The notes under the pieces were generated by a model. It was not told the origin of the DNA, ran no database searches, and was given only the letters and a program-made list of their open reading frames with translations. From IMG/VR virus record IMGVR_UViG_3300013102_000007, positions 14,454 to 78,453 of that record: 64,000 nucleotides of DNA; one strand, 5' to 3'. Source of the DNA: a virus. Positions 8,400-19,000 of this stretch are shown one piece after another. Position 1 is the stretch's first letter, and every line of letters starts with the position of its first letter. A program made the translations under genes and the position numbers.

Positions 8400-8657
8400 T
8401 TAATTATTAACAGGAGCATCACCTGTTGCTGGATCGGTAGGGGTAGGACTTGTGTTTAAAAATTTAGAATAGTCAAAAGAGGCTAATCCAAAGAAAGCTA
8501 CAGTAAGTCCAGCCATTATAGTCATAGGCTCTGTTAGAGCTAAGAATCCAAATGTTATAGCAAATGCTAAACTGATAAACCCACCTACTCTTTTAGAGCT
8601 ATAAGTGAGTCCATCTGGATTAGAAAGAATGTCAAATATTATTTTTGGTAGTTTCAT
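8400..8657 (-). CDS. putative holin (two TM helices)
   Basis: 85 aa. Two hydrophobic helices (GGFISLAFAITFGFLAL and MTIMAGLTVAFFGLASF). Start overlaps the endolysin stop (ATGA-type coupling). Confidence 0.55.
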   Translation of the reverse strand: MKLPKIIFDILSNPDGLTYSSKRVGGFISLAFAITFGFLALTEPMTIMAGLTVAFFGLASFDYSKFLNTSPTPTDPATGDAPVNN

Positions 8658-9163
8658 TATAAATTTACATATTTAAGACCATTTGCATCAACAAATGTAT
8701 CACCTTTATTCCATTTTGCTAAACAAGTTTGCCAAGTATTACCTAAAGTAAGTTCTACATGTGGGTAATCTTTAAATGATTTCCAATCACCTCCCCAAAC
8801 AAAACCATGTTTCTTAAAAATATCGGCCACTAGTTTCCAGTTTTTGTCTACAACCCAACTATCTTTGCCATTTATAATTAACATAAAGTCTAGTGCTAAA
8901 CCATAATTGTGTAGGCTTTGGCCAGCTTTAGCATTTGATACTTTTTCATCAGGCTCATCAATCTTACCATCACCATCATTATCTTTACCGTCTCTAGGTT
9001 GATTATAAAGGGCTGTAGAACGTTCAAAAGAACGGTAAGTTTCAGTTATAAAGGGGTGTACACCTTTAGGAGTCTTAGCTACAGCCTCATTGTAAGCTGC
9101 TAAAGCTTTTAACCTTATTAAGGGGTGTAGTTGTGATATTCTGTTAATTGAAGTTTGTTCCAT
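8657..9163 (-). CDS. endolysin, peptidase M15 (L-Ala-D-Glu / VanY-like) family
   Basis: SLHNYGLALD gives the H-x6-D zinc ligands, GFVWGGDW follows, and DYPHVEL supplies the third His. Confidence 0.85.
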   Translation of the reverse strand: MEQTSINRISQLHPLIRLKALAAYNEAVAKTPKGVHPFITETYRSFERSTALYNQPRDGKDNDGDGKIDEPDEKVSNAKAGQSLHNYGLALDFMLIINGKDSWVVDKNWKLVADIFKKHGFVWGGDWKSFKDYPHVELTLGNTWQTCLAKWNKGDTFVDANGLKYVNL

Positions 9164-9182
9164 ATCTTAATTATTTAATTTA

Positions 9183-10385
9183 TTACCAAGTTACCTCAAC
9201 CGCTGATCTTATCCATGTATTAGCAGCTGTACATTCGTATCGGTATCCACCTGTAATTATTGTTTGACCTTTTATTCCTGCTCCTGTTGGAGTTGGAGCT
9301 GTACCTCCAATAGCTGGTAAAGTTGCTAATACACTATTATACTCAGGAAGATATGTATTTACATTAGTTGTTAGAGTATTTGATTGTAGTGTATTTAAAA
9401 ATCCTGATTCAGAATAAGCGCTATAAGGTTGTATGGCACCATTAGTTAAAAGCTGTAAACCTATAAATGTATTACCTCCTGATAACTTAGCAAAAGTACT
9501 TAATGACCATTGCTTAGTTATGTAGCTAAAAGCTGTTTTATTGGCAGAATAATCATCTATATCACCTAAACCTCTATTAAATAACTGATCTAGTATAGTT
9601 ATACCTGTACTAGAATTTAAAGTCATACTCATTCCTCCACCAGAAGTTCCTATACCAAGAGAAGCTGTATTGGAATTATCGTCAAAATTTTTACCAATTG
9701 TTAAATTAGAGGTTCTTGTAGTAGTTGGATTGGTGTATACAATTTGAGCACCTGCGGTAGAAAATAAATCTATGGAAGCATTTGTTGTAGCCCAACTACC
9801 ATTGCCACCTAGTCTAAAATCTTTACCTACTTTAGTTATACCATTAGAACTAGTAAAATTAATAGAGTTATCTAACATTTGTTTAGTTATATAACTAAAA
9901 GCTGTCTTATTAGCCGAATAGTCTTGAGCATCACCTAAACCTACTCCAAATACTGTGTCTTCTATTAGAGCACCTAAAGTAATTGAAGTAGTTAAACCTA
10001 CAAAATCAAAACCTCCTACATTACTACCAAATGATGTAGCTGTATTAGATAAATAAATTCTACCTTTATTAGACCCTCCAATTATAAGATCATAGGTATC
10101 AGTATCAATAGTAGTGTCTCTATCTAAAGCACCCCCTAATACAAAATCTCCTGATGGTATATCAATTGATAAACCGTTTTTAACTGATTGACTGCTACCT
10201 CCACCAGTAGCACTAGTGCCTGTATCAACTAATCCAATCCACCAGTTACCGTTTATACCAATGTAAGGTGTTAAACCATCTGCACCATCGTCACCTTTGG
10301 CTCCGGCTACTCCTACATTGTAACTTTTAACAACATTAACATCTTTTATATGACAGCTGCAACCGTTTGGATTATTTTTACACAT
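9183..10385 (-). CDS. tail fibre protein
   Basis: Cys-rich N-terminus (CKNNPNGCSCH) and a short collagen-like GAKGDDGADG run. Internal duplicated module GLGD..DYSANKTAFSYITKQ (x2) is also present in the 834-aa fibre. Confidence 0.7.
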   Translation of the reverse strand: MCKNNPNGCSCHIKDVNVVKSYNVGVAGAKGDDGADGLTPYIGINGNWWIGLVDTGTSATGGGSSQSVKNGLSIDIPSGDFVLGGALDRDTTIDTDTYDLIIGGSNKGRIYLSNTATSFGSNVGGFDFVGLTTSITLGALIEDTVFGVGLGDAQDYSANKTAFSYITKQMLDNSINFTSSNGITKVGKDFRLGGNGSWATTNASIDLFSTAGAQIVYTNPTTTRTSNLTIGKNFDDNSNTASLGIGTSGGGMSMTLNSSTGITILDQLFNRGLGDIDDYSANKTAFSYITKQWSLSTFAKLSGGNTFIGLQLLTNGAIQPYSAYSESGFLNTLQSNTLTTNVNTYLPEYNSVLATLPAIGGTAPTPTGAGIKGQTIITGGYRYECTAANTWIRSAVEVTW

Positions 10386-10656
10386 TTTTACTTAATTTTA
10401 AAATTTTTGAATACAAGTTCCTAACATCAACATCAGACATAAAATTACTGTATTCTTCATTAGTGAATTTACTTTGCTCCCAAGTGTTAACCAATAGATT
10501 TCTAATATAACAAATTGTACGGGTAGCATTTAACTTCTTTACTGAAAAAGGCTTACCTAAATCAATAGAACGTGAGTAAGTTTTAACACATTTTAATGTT
10601 AAAGGTCTTACTATATTGATAATTTCATTAAACTCTTCTTTTGTTAGTACGTTCAT
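10378..10656 (-). CDS. hypothetical protein
   Basis: 92-aa ORF overlapping the fibre gene start by 8 nt. Confidence 0.55.
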   Translation of the reverse strand: MNVLTKEEFNEIINIVRPLTLKCVKTYSRSIDLGKPFSVKKLNATRTICYIRNLLVNTWEQSKFTNEEYSNFMSDVDVRNLYSKILKLSKNV

Positions 10657-10662
10657 GTTATT

Positions 10663-11418
10663 TTAAGGTAATGGTAAAGGTGATGGTGGTGATTGTAAGA
10701 TTATTTGAGAATCGTCAGAACAACTACACCCATTTGATAGTAATTTTGAAGCTGTACTATAGTCTTTTTCGGTAAAGGCAATTTCTGCAAATTCCTTTAA
10801 ACCTAATAATTCTAGGTCTTTACAATTAACGTCACAGCAAAGCGCGTATCTACTAGCTTGTTTAGATAATTTATAAGAAATTTGTGTAGTGTTTAACACT
10901 TTTAAATTCGATCTATAGGCGGGTAAAAATGAAGTAGCATCTTCTAAAATATCTTCTACCAATACTAAATTAGATAATGTTGTTCTAGTTTTATCAATAT
11001 TGTAAACTGAAGAACCAACGATAATACTATCATAAATCTTATAGTCTACTGAATTACCAGTCATATTTATAGATATTTCTCCTTTAGTTATGGTGGCAGT
11101 AACAGCTGAACCCACAGCCACATAGTAATCTACATTCAACACACCATCTTCAAAAGGTAGAAATCCATCTAATACATCTTGTCCTAAAGAAATAGAACTG
11201 ACTGTAAAAGGTACATGATTAACCTTATCTGTTTTATCTTGTAAAGTTGTAAAATCTTGTTTAAATATTTCGACTTCATCAAGTTGGGATAAAGTCAACC
11301 TGATAAGTTGTATTTGGCCGAGTGATGGGTTAGCACCACCATAAACAGAATCATCCCTTAAGGTTAAAAGAGAACCTGTTTTATCGAAGCCTAATGAGGT
11401 TATAATTGGAAAAGCCAT
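10663..11418 (-). CDS. hypothetical structural protein (fibre-associated)
   Basis: 251 aa. The C-terminal Cys cluster CCDVNC...NGCSCSDD echoes the NGCSC motif at the N-terminus of the next fibre gene. Confidence 0.55.
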   Translation of the reverse strand: MAFPIITSLGFDKTGSLLTLRDDSVYGGANPSLGQIQLIRLTLSQLDEVEIFKQDFTTLQDKTDKVNHVPFTVSSISLGQDVLDGFLPFEDGVLNVDYYVAVGSAVTATITKGEISINMTGNSVDYKIYDSIIVGSSVYNIDKTRTTLSNLVLVEDILEDATSFLPAYRSNLKVLNTTQISYKLSKQASRYALCCDVNCKDLELLGLKEFAEIAFTEKDYSTASKLLSNGCSCSDDSQIILQSPPSPLPLP

Positions 11419-11457
11419 TCTTTATTGTTTTACACAAAGATAGCTTTAAAATAAGTT

Positions 11458-11880
11458 TTATTTACGCGAAGGTTCCTTTGCCCACAATACTAAATCACCT
11501 ACTGTACCCCATTTGATGCCGTTTTTAGTAGACCAAATAGCGTAAGTTGTTTTTGAACTTTTTGTTATTTTAGTGTTAGGGTTTTGAAATACCATTCTAA
11601 TATCTAAATCTGGATTTTGTTTTACAACTAACAACATTTTTTTTCTAGTTGCAGCATCCATATACCCCTTCAGTTCACATATAATACCATTCTCTAAAAT
11701 TATATCAGGAGTATATTTATGTGGAGTAGCTGGTATTTCATATTTCAATACAACACTTTCGTAAGTATGATTTATTTTAGCTAAATTTAACCCTTCTATA
11801 ACAACATCCTCAAATTCCGATCTGTGGAGTAAAATGTTTTTCTTTTTCTTTCTAATTGCCATAAAATAAAAATACAGCAC
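11458..11880 (-). CDS. T7 endonuclease I-like Holliday junction resolvase
   Basis: SEFE...Y.IP....KYTPDIILENGIICELKGYMD...RKKMLLVKQNPDLDIRMVF matches the phage endonuclease I (T7 gp3) signature. The true start may be the second Met at 11862. Confidence 0.8.
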   Translation of the reverse strand: MLYFYFMAIRKKKKNILLHRSEFEDVVIEGLNLAKINHTYESVVLKYEIPATPHKYTPDIILENGIICELKGYMDAATRKKMLLVVKQNPDLDIRMVFQNPNTKITKSSKTTYAIWSTKNGIKWGTVGDLVLWAKEPSRK

Positions 11881-11925
11881 TCTTTTGGAATGCTGTTCAA
11901 AGTTACTAATAAATTAAAGCTTATT

Positions 11926-12162
11926 TTAATCTACTTTTTTAAGTTTCTTATTAGCTTTTTCTACAACTTCTTTTTCAGTATCAGGAGCTACAGGTGCTGG
12001 TTTTGGTTTTATGAAAACTCCTACTGCTTGAGCCACTTGTGCAGCTTCTTCTAATTTAAAGGCTCCACGACTTTGAGCCACTTGTGCAGCTTCTACTAAA
12101 ATTTGCAATGCTACTTGTTCATTCATCTTCTTTTCTCTTATTTTATTTATACAAATATACAA
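11926..12162 (-). CDS. hypothetical small protein with EAAQVAQ repeat
   Basis: 78-aa ORF with an alternative start at 12126 (MNEQVAL). Internal repeat EAAQVAQ..GAFKLEEAAQVAQ. Confidence 0.5.
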   Translation of the reverse strand: MYICINKIREKKMNEQVALQILVEAAQVAQSRGAFKLEEAAQVAQAVGVFIKPKPAPVAPDTEKEVVEKANKKLKKVD

Positions 12163-12171
12163 AAAATTATT

Positions 12172-14676
12172 TTAATGTACTACTTTTAGTAAATCACCTG
12201 TTCGATAAAATTGTCCTGCTACTAACCCACCTGTTAATGCTGCTGCATTATCTGCATATTCATCAACAGCCAACACACCTAAAGTACCATCTGCTGCTGC
12301 TGCTACTGGCCTAGTTCCTGTGCCTGATAAAGAAACTGTTTTAACCGAACCTCCTTCTGGATTAAGACTTAATGGCTTTACAGTAACACCATCTCCTTGA
12401 TAAGCTTGAATGCCAGAAATAAGGTCAGATATGTCAAATGAAAGAACATTGTCTGACTCGGGGTTTTTTAAAGTAAGATTTCCGTTAACTATGCCACTGC
12501 TGAAAGACCCCCAAGTCCCATCTGTGTGTATATAAAAAAGTTCTTGACCTGAACCTGCTGCTCTATAAGATATGTTTTGAAACATTCTAAAAAATGTTTC
12601 CCCTCCTATTTGACCAATAGTTAATAGCCTTTGATCCCCACTTAAAGATTTATTGGCTAATATCAAAACACCACCTGCATCAAGATTAGATGGAGAAGCA
12701 CCTAATGATGGGAAAACCAAGGCTGTTCCGTCTGTTTCAAAATTACCTAAAGCAGTAAAATCTCCATTTGAACCAAACGAAAAAATTGATGCTGAGTCAG
12801 ATGCGTTTCTTATTACAAACGCATCTTTAAATAGCCTCATAAAAGCATTATTATTTCTTTGTCCTAGTGTAATGATTCTAGTCTCTGGATTTACAACACC
12901 TTCTTGTATGTAAGAATTATTATTTAATGTTAATAAAGTTCCTGTATCAGAATTTATAGGATTAGTACCTAGTGATTTTGCAGATGATATACCTTCTGAA
13001 ATTATTAAGTTTTCTGATATTAGTTCTTTTGTATCACTTGAAAATGTAATTCCTGCTTTTTTAAACACAGATGGAATACTTTTACCAGTCAATAATCTAT
13101 TATCTTCTCTAAATAGGTATTGAAAGTTATCTACAACAAACTGAGCAGCTAAAATATTGCCTGCTGAGTTCATGTGCGTTTCATCAAACATTAGTGAAGG
13201 GGGAGGTACATCCCTACTATGAGCTAACACATCAGCAGGCAAAGATGGATTGTATTGTGATATAATAAAATCTCTAACATTTAAATAGTGATCACCAAAT
13301 TCTACTTCTAAAGCTGCATTTAAAGCTAATATAGTATTATAATCAGCAGTTCCTTGGTATTGGGTTGGTATATCAGAATTAAAAACACTCAAAACAATAT
13401 AATTGTTATGATCTAATAAATCAACCATGCTTCTTATATCTGATACTATTGTAGATATCTGATTAAAATTATTCTTTCCACTCCATATCAATACAGCATT
13501 ATCCCTTTGGGAAGTATTAGCTATAAATTGATTTTTAATATAAGTAGAGGTTTGCCCAGGGAATCCATTGTTGGCTGTATAAATCCCACTATTATTAGTT
13601 AATGCATTTGGGAACCTTAGTATGGTTACATCTCCTACACCACCAATGAAACTGTCCCCCCATGCTGCTATTCTTAAGTACTTTTCAAGAGAATTACCAC
13701 TTGCAGATAAAAGCCCAACATTCCCCGCCTGCACATAGTCTTCTGGGTCTGTAATTGTGAATAATTCTGATCCTGTTAATCCTCTATGTAATACATCATC
13801 TTTTATAGTAATTGGATTATTTCCTTGTAAGAACGATATAGACTGTTCTAAACTATTCCTAATTTTTTTTAGATTAAGATTATCTCCACCAAATCCAAAT
13901 GAAGTATTGCCAGATCCATCACCATTCGTAGCTTGACCTGCAATTCCTCCATTAGGTATTAGTGCAAATACAGTCCCATTATTAACATCTGCTATAATAG
14001 TAGGTTCAGTTATAATACCACCTAATTTTACATTATCACCAGTACGAGTTAGTCCATTATTGAATGTTAAATTACTTCCTACACCAAAAGTATCTAATGC
14101 CCATTTTTTAGTAATAAGAGAGTTATCTGTCCAATTAGCTGAAAAATCTTCATCATTTTCTAAACCTTTAAATCCTATAGTATCAATCACTTTCATGACA
14201 CCAGTTGTACCTATTGGAGCGTTTGTTAATGTAATACTTCTTCCTTTTAGATTAACATCTTGAGCAGCTATTGAAACTTGACTTACTGACAAGTTAGGTA
14301 CATCTTGTACCAATACTGAAGCATTACGTCCACTTAACTTACCATTACCTAATACACCTAGAGTAAATGTATCAGTACTACCTGCAAATGCAATAAATGG
14401 TTTATCACTATTAGTAATATTACCTATAATAAAAGCTGTACCATCATTGCCAAAACTATAGTCTCCACCTATTTGTACATCACCACTAGTGAGATCAACA
14501 TGAAGTCCTTGAGAGGCTGTAACAGAGCCAATATCCCCTTTGTCCCCCTTATCTCCTTTCTGTAATATTATAGAAACAGGTTTATCAAAAATATCCCCAT
14601 CACCACAATTACAAGAATCTTTACAACCACACTTTTTAGTGTTGTACTCTACTGTTGTATTTTTCTTTTTAAACAT
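12172..14676 (-). CDS. tail fibre/spike with central SGNH (GDSL) esterase domain
   Basis: Cys-rich N-terminus CGCKDSCNCG plus collagen-like GDKGDKGDIG. Shared module GLENDEDFSANWTDNSLITKKW. SGNH blocks WGDSFIGG, WSGKNN and DETHMNSAGN. Confidence 0.8.
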   Translation of the reverse strand: MFKKKNTTVEYNTKKCGCKDSCNCGDGDIFDKPVSIILQKGDKGDKGDIGSVTASQGLHVDLTSGDVQIGGDYSFGNDGTAFIIGNITNSDKPFIAFAGSTDTFTLGVLGNGKLSGRNASVLVQDVPNLSVSQVSIAAQDVNLKGRSITLTNAPIGTTGVMKVIDTIGFKGLENDEDFSANWTDNSLITKKWALDTFGVGSNLTFNNGLTRTGDNVKLGGIITEPTIIADVNNGTVFALIPNGGIAGQATNGDGSGNTSFGFGGDNLNLKKIRNSLEQSISFLQGNNPITIKDDVLHRGLTGSELFTITDPEDYVQAGNVGLLSASGNSLEKYLRIAAWGDSFIGGVGDVTILRFPNALTNNSGIYTANNGFPGQTSTYIKNQFIANTSQRDNAVLIWSGKNNFNQISTIVSDIRSMVDLLDHNNYIVLSVFNSDIPTQYQGTADYNTILALNAALEVEFGDHYLNVRDFIISQYNPSLPADVLAHSRDVPPPSLMFDETHMNSAGNILAAQFVVDNFQYLFREDNRLLTGKSIPSVFKKAGITFSSDTKELISENLIISEGISSAKSLGTNPINSDTGTLLTLNNNSYIQEGVVNPETRIITLGQRNNNAFMRLFKDAFVIRNASDSASIFSFGSNGDFTALGNFETDGTALVFPSLGASPSNLDAGGVLILANKSLSGDQRLLTIGQIGGETFFRMFQNISYRAAGSGQELFYIHTDGTWGSFSSGIVNGNLTLKNPESDNVLSFDISDLISGIQAYQGDGVTVKPLSLNPEGGSVKTVSLSGTGTRPVAAAADGTLGVLAVDEYADNAAALTGGLVAGQFYRTGDLLKVVH

Positions 14677-15344
14677 TATTTTTTAAGAATAAATTTTCTA
14701 TAAGACCAAACTCCACCAACGATTAAAATTATTAAACCAATCGCTATAAATATTATGGTTAAAGGCTTAATAGTAGAAATAATATCTTTTGAAGAATTTA
14801 TATGTTCATAGCCTACAGTAGAATTGCTGTCTACTTTACCTGATTTTACTTCTAATTTTTTACTTCCGGTATCTACTTTAGAGGTATTTTCTTGATAATT
14901 TCTTTTTATCTGTAATTCTTCAAAAGGTACTGTTCTACTAACACCTCTGCCAGTAGAAACTTTTGCCATTAATTCATTTGTTTTTTTATTTTGAAAAATG
15001 GATACACTCACACCATTGTTGTTCACATCCACCAATTTAATAGCTGTGTCCCCTTTTAATGAACTGGAAGTGTCTAATCTAAAGGTCGCACTTAATTCAA
15101 TGGGAGCTAATTCATTAGAACCTTTTCTATAAGTTATTTCCTCTGATAAGACTTTCGAAGTTGTTTCTGACAATCCACTTTTTTCTAAAAGTGCAGAATC
15201 TTTAAATTCTTTTTTAACTGCTGTGTTACTGTTGTACTCAACTTGATCCAGTTTTTTATTAACTGTTCTAGTTTTAAATAAACTACAGCTGTGTAAAAAT
15301 ACTAGTGTAAATACAAGTAGTGCTGTTATAATTGAACGTTTCAT
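14676..15344 (-). CDS. lipoprotein with C-terminal TM anchor (spanin-like architecture)
   Basis: Signal peptide plus Cys (ALLVFTLVFLHSC) and a C-terminal helix IIFIAIGLIILIVGGVW followed by basic residues. ATGA overlap with the upstream gene. Confidence 0.6.
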   Translation of the reverse strand: MKRSIITALLVFTLVFLHSCSLFKTRTVNKKLDQVEYNSNTAVKKEFKDSALLEKSGLSETTSKVLSEEITYRKGSNELAPIELSATFRLDTSSSLKGDTAIKLVDVNNNGVSVSIFQNKKTNELMAKVSTGRGVSRTVPFEELQIKRNYQENTSKVDTGSKKLEVKSGKVDSNSTVGYEHINSSKDIISTIKPLTIIFIAIGLIILIVGGVWSYRKFILKK

Positions 15345-15664
15345 TATTTCTTTGGTTTAATAGTAATCGTACCTCTATTAGATTTAATATCTAAAATTTC
15401 CTTTAATTCTTCAAAGCTTTTCGAGTTGTCAATAATTCTAAGACCTTGTAAACTATCACTTTTTGCATTTGCTTTTGCTAAAGCTTTGAGTAAATCTTTC
15501 TCACGTTGGTTACTTATATCTTTTTCTTCTTTTCTAACTTTTTCTATATCTTGTACGCGCAGATTTTGCAAAACGGCAACATAACTACTAAGCATGAGCA
15601 AACCAGCCCAAACGCCCCTTATTACCCATTTTACAAATCCATTGTTTTCATTTGTAGTTGCCAT
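15344..15664 (-). CDS. N-terminally anchored coiled-coil membrane protein (i-spanin-like)
   Basis: 106 aa. TM helix VIRGVWAGLLMLSSYVAVL followed by a charged helical region. Confidence 0.55.
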   Translation of the reverse strand: MATTNENNGFVKWVIRGVWAGLLMLSSYVAVLQNLRVQDIEKVRKEEKDISNQREKDLLKALAKANAKSDSLQGLRIIDNSKSFEELKEILDIKSNRGTITIKPKK

Positions 15665-15731
15665 TAAGATTCCTATATTTTATACCTACAAAAGTAGTGT
15701 TAATTAGGAATTAATTTTTGTTAAGGTATGC

Positions 15732-16031
15732 CTACTTTTTAGTAGACTTACCTCCTTGACCATTACGTCCTCTGTTAGTTTTTTGTGATTCTGATACGAG
15801 ATTACCTTTCTTAGTGTGACTCATATCTTTTTTATCACCAACTTTTGTTTTACCAGCTGCTTGAGATTTGCGATTAGCTGCATTAAGGCTTTCACGATAA
15901 TTAACTCTAGCAGGTGATTTCTGATACTCAGAGTCATATTTTTTCTTAGCTGCTATTTGAGCAGCAGTTTTACCTTTATAAGATGGATGCTTTCCGGCAT
16001 TCCTATTTCTTTTATTTATATCTATGGCCAT
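15732..16031 (-). CDS. highly basic small protein (possible packaged DNA-binding/internal protein)
   Basis: 99 aa, rich in Lys/Arg/Asn/Gly with no hydrophobic core. Immediately downstream of the giant gene. Confidence 0.55.
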   Translation of the reverse strand: MAIDINKRNRNAGKHPSYKGKTAAQIAAKKKYDSEYQKSPARVNYRESLNAANRKSQAAGKTKVGDKKDMSHTKKGNLVSESQKTNRGRNGQGGKSTKK

Positions 16032-16033
16032 AA

Positions 16034-19000
16034 CTATTTATTTTGATAATCTACTCTTGTTTTTCTCTCATTTGCTTTAGCTTTTAAAGCTTCTACAGCG
16101 GTTTCTTTCAAAGCTTCACCTTCTTCACCCATAGATTGTAGTGTCAATTGTTCGGCCATTTTATCAGCAACATTTCTAATAACCTTCTCGTATTCTTCTT
16201 TAGTAAGTCTATTTTTATATTTTTCAAAAGGGTACTTACTTTTTATTTCATTTAAAGATTTATCTCTTTGTTGAAAATAAGTAACTTGTTGTTCAGGATT
16301 CAAATCATAGTCTTGTTTCAAAGTTGTTATTTTATCTACAATACCTGCATCCCTAATAGCTTTATCTAAATCTTTTGTTTTTTCACCACCTCTATCTTGT
16401 TTAACAAGTTCTTTTGTAATTCTGGTAGCAATACGTCTCATATTACCAACTTCTTGAGTAGTTGCACCAAACATACTAACACTTGCTGAAAGAGCAGAAG
16501 CATAGTTTATAAATCTATCATATTTAGGTACACCGTACTGCGCTTTTCCCTCTTCAGTTAATCTTTGCTCATCAACTACAATATCGTTGAGTTCCGCGTT
16601 TAAAACGCCATAACGTTTAAGAATAAAATCCTTATCGGTCTGAGTAGCTGCTGAAAAAGCTTTAAAAGCATCAACACCTCTTATTATAGGCAATCCAGCT
16701 GATCCTAGCGGTAAAAGACCTACTTTTAAGGCATTTGGTGTCATAGTTCTACCTAGCTCTGCATCCTTAGCTTCTTTATCAGTGTAAATAGCTTCTGTAG
16801 TCAAATCAATAACAGGGTTAAAAATTAATTCTAAGCTTGCACCACCTATACCACCGTATAAAAAGTCTCTTAAAAGATTTTGAGTTCCAGAAACTTCTGC
16901 TTTGGTTAAAGCCACATCTGTTTCTTTTGTAACAGTCTGATTTAATTTTTTCTTTTTATTTTCATCATCTACCATAGAAGAAATAACACCTTGAATGGCG
17001 GCACCGGAACCTACTATACTTGCATATTTTAATCCTTGGGATACTTTATTGAAAGCGTATATACCAGCTAAATTACCCATCATATTTCTAAGAGCATGAC
17101 CTTTCGAAACACCATCTTGAGAACTTAAAGCTCTGTTAGTATTTGATATAAGTTCCATTTTACTATTGATAGCAAATGAAGAGAATAAAAGATAAGTTTT
17201 AACTAAACTATTTTTACTGAATTTACTTTTCATTGTAGCATCAGACTCATTCAATGTAACAGAAGTCATATGATTAGCGTAGTCCATAGCTTTTCTATCT
17301 ACGTTTGTAGGACTTAAGTCTACACCAGCTTCGTTATTTTTCTTTTGATAATCTATATAAAAACTTAACCAACCTATTTTAGCAGTTAATTTATCTACGC
17401 TTGCTAAAGGTTTTAAAGATAATTCTGTACCTCTGTCAATAGTTTTTTCAACACCCTCGCCTAAACTTCTTAGTAATGTTCTACTATTTGTACCATCAAA
17501 CTGTCTTTGTTTTATATTACCTTGAGGCAACTCACTATATATAGCATCCCTCCATTTAACATTAGATTGATCTATAAGTGCAACTGCATCTTTAGTATTC
17601 CCAGCTAAGTGTGATAAAGCTTGAACAAAGGCAGTATTAGTTTTCAAGCCAATATTTACAACCTCAACAAATTGTTTAGGGGCTGCAAATAAACCACCTA
17701 ATGTTTGAGCTATACCTAACTTAGCAGCGGTTCTCCAAGTTCTTTTTAAAGTTTCAGGATTACTTTTGCCGTACTGCATAGCAGCAACAGTTTCAAAAAC
17801 TTTTTGTTCAGCTAAAGCACTGTAAGTTTCAAACAGTCCAGTATCTGAAAATTTTTCAACAACAGGTGAAGATTTAAGGTCTAAAGCATTTTTAATATAA
17901 ACTCTATCTGATCCTGTAAAAGCATCATAAGACATAATAGATAAATTCGGTAAAAAATTATCCATAAAATTACCATTCAAAACAGATTCACTAGGTAATT
18001 GATTACCTTTTAACTGTCTTGTTTTACCTGATCCTGATTTAGCAGTGTTTATACTAGAAAATGATTGACTGCCATAAGGATCAATACCTGCTGCTTGTCC
18101 TGATAATGCCTCTAATTGATTGGTGTTACCACCTAAAAAATCATATTTCCTAGTGGTATAATTTTGCCAATCAGCTTCAATATCAATATTACTATTAACA
18201 CGAGCATTAAAAAAGAAATCATCTTTTATACTATCATGACTTTCTCTAGAAAGTTTATAAAATTCTTTGTGGCCTTGATCGAATAAACCAAATAAATCGC
18301 GAGAACTTATTTTAGGTTCAACACTTACAACAACACCTTTATCATTTCTTTCAACATTACCTATAATAGGTTCTAGAGCTTTTTCTAAATTTTTAATATA
18401 GTTTTCATTTTCAGCTTTAAAACTTGAATTCTGTTCAGCTCTTAATTTTAAACGCTCCAAAGTATTTTGCCAAGCGGCTAATCTATTGCCATATTCGGCA
18501 GTTATTTGTTCTGGTGTCCAAGAATTTCTGTATTGAACAACATCCGCATAAATACCTAATTGAATATTTTTTACAACATTTTTAAAATCTTTAGAATATT
18601 TTTTATTTAAACTAACTAATTTTTGTCTTACTCCATCTACAAATTTATAATGTTTATTATTAGTATTAAATACTAAATCAGAAAGACCTGTTACATTTTC
18701 AATTTCAGGTATTTTCATCTGATTTTTAAGTCTTAAATCTTTACGTTGACTACCAGAACCAAATTCATCAAATTGTTTTTGTAACCAAACTTTAGGTACA
18801 AGAATTGCTTTTTGAATAGTGCCTATTAAATTTTCATCTAAAGATTTTTTATAAACTTCATTTTTAGCAACTATATCACCTAATCCAGTCACGCTACCAT
18901 AATTAACTAAATTAGTCAATCCGGCTACTAAGCTAGGTAAATTTGAGTCTTTAACTCCGTCAATGTCTATATTTTTAACTTTGTCATTAATAAAATCAAT

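Noticed and set aside
9183-14676. True collagen-like triple-helix domains in the fibres
   Set aside because: The Gly-X-Y runs are only 3-4 triplets long (GAKGDDGADG, GDKGDKGDIG), too short to call a collagen domain. They are noted only as shared mini-motifs.
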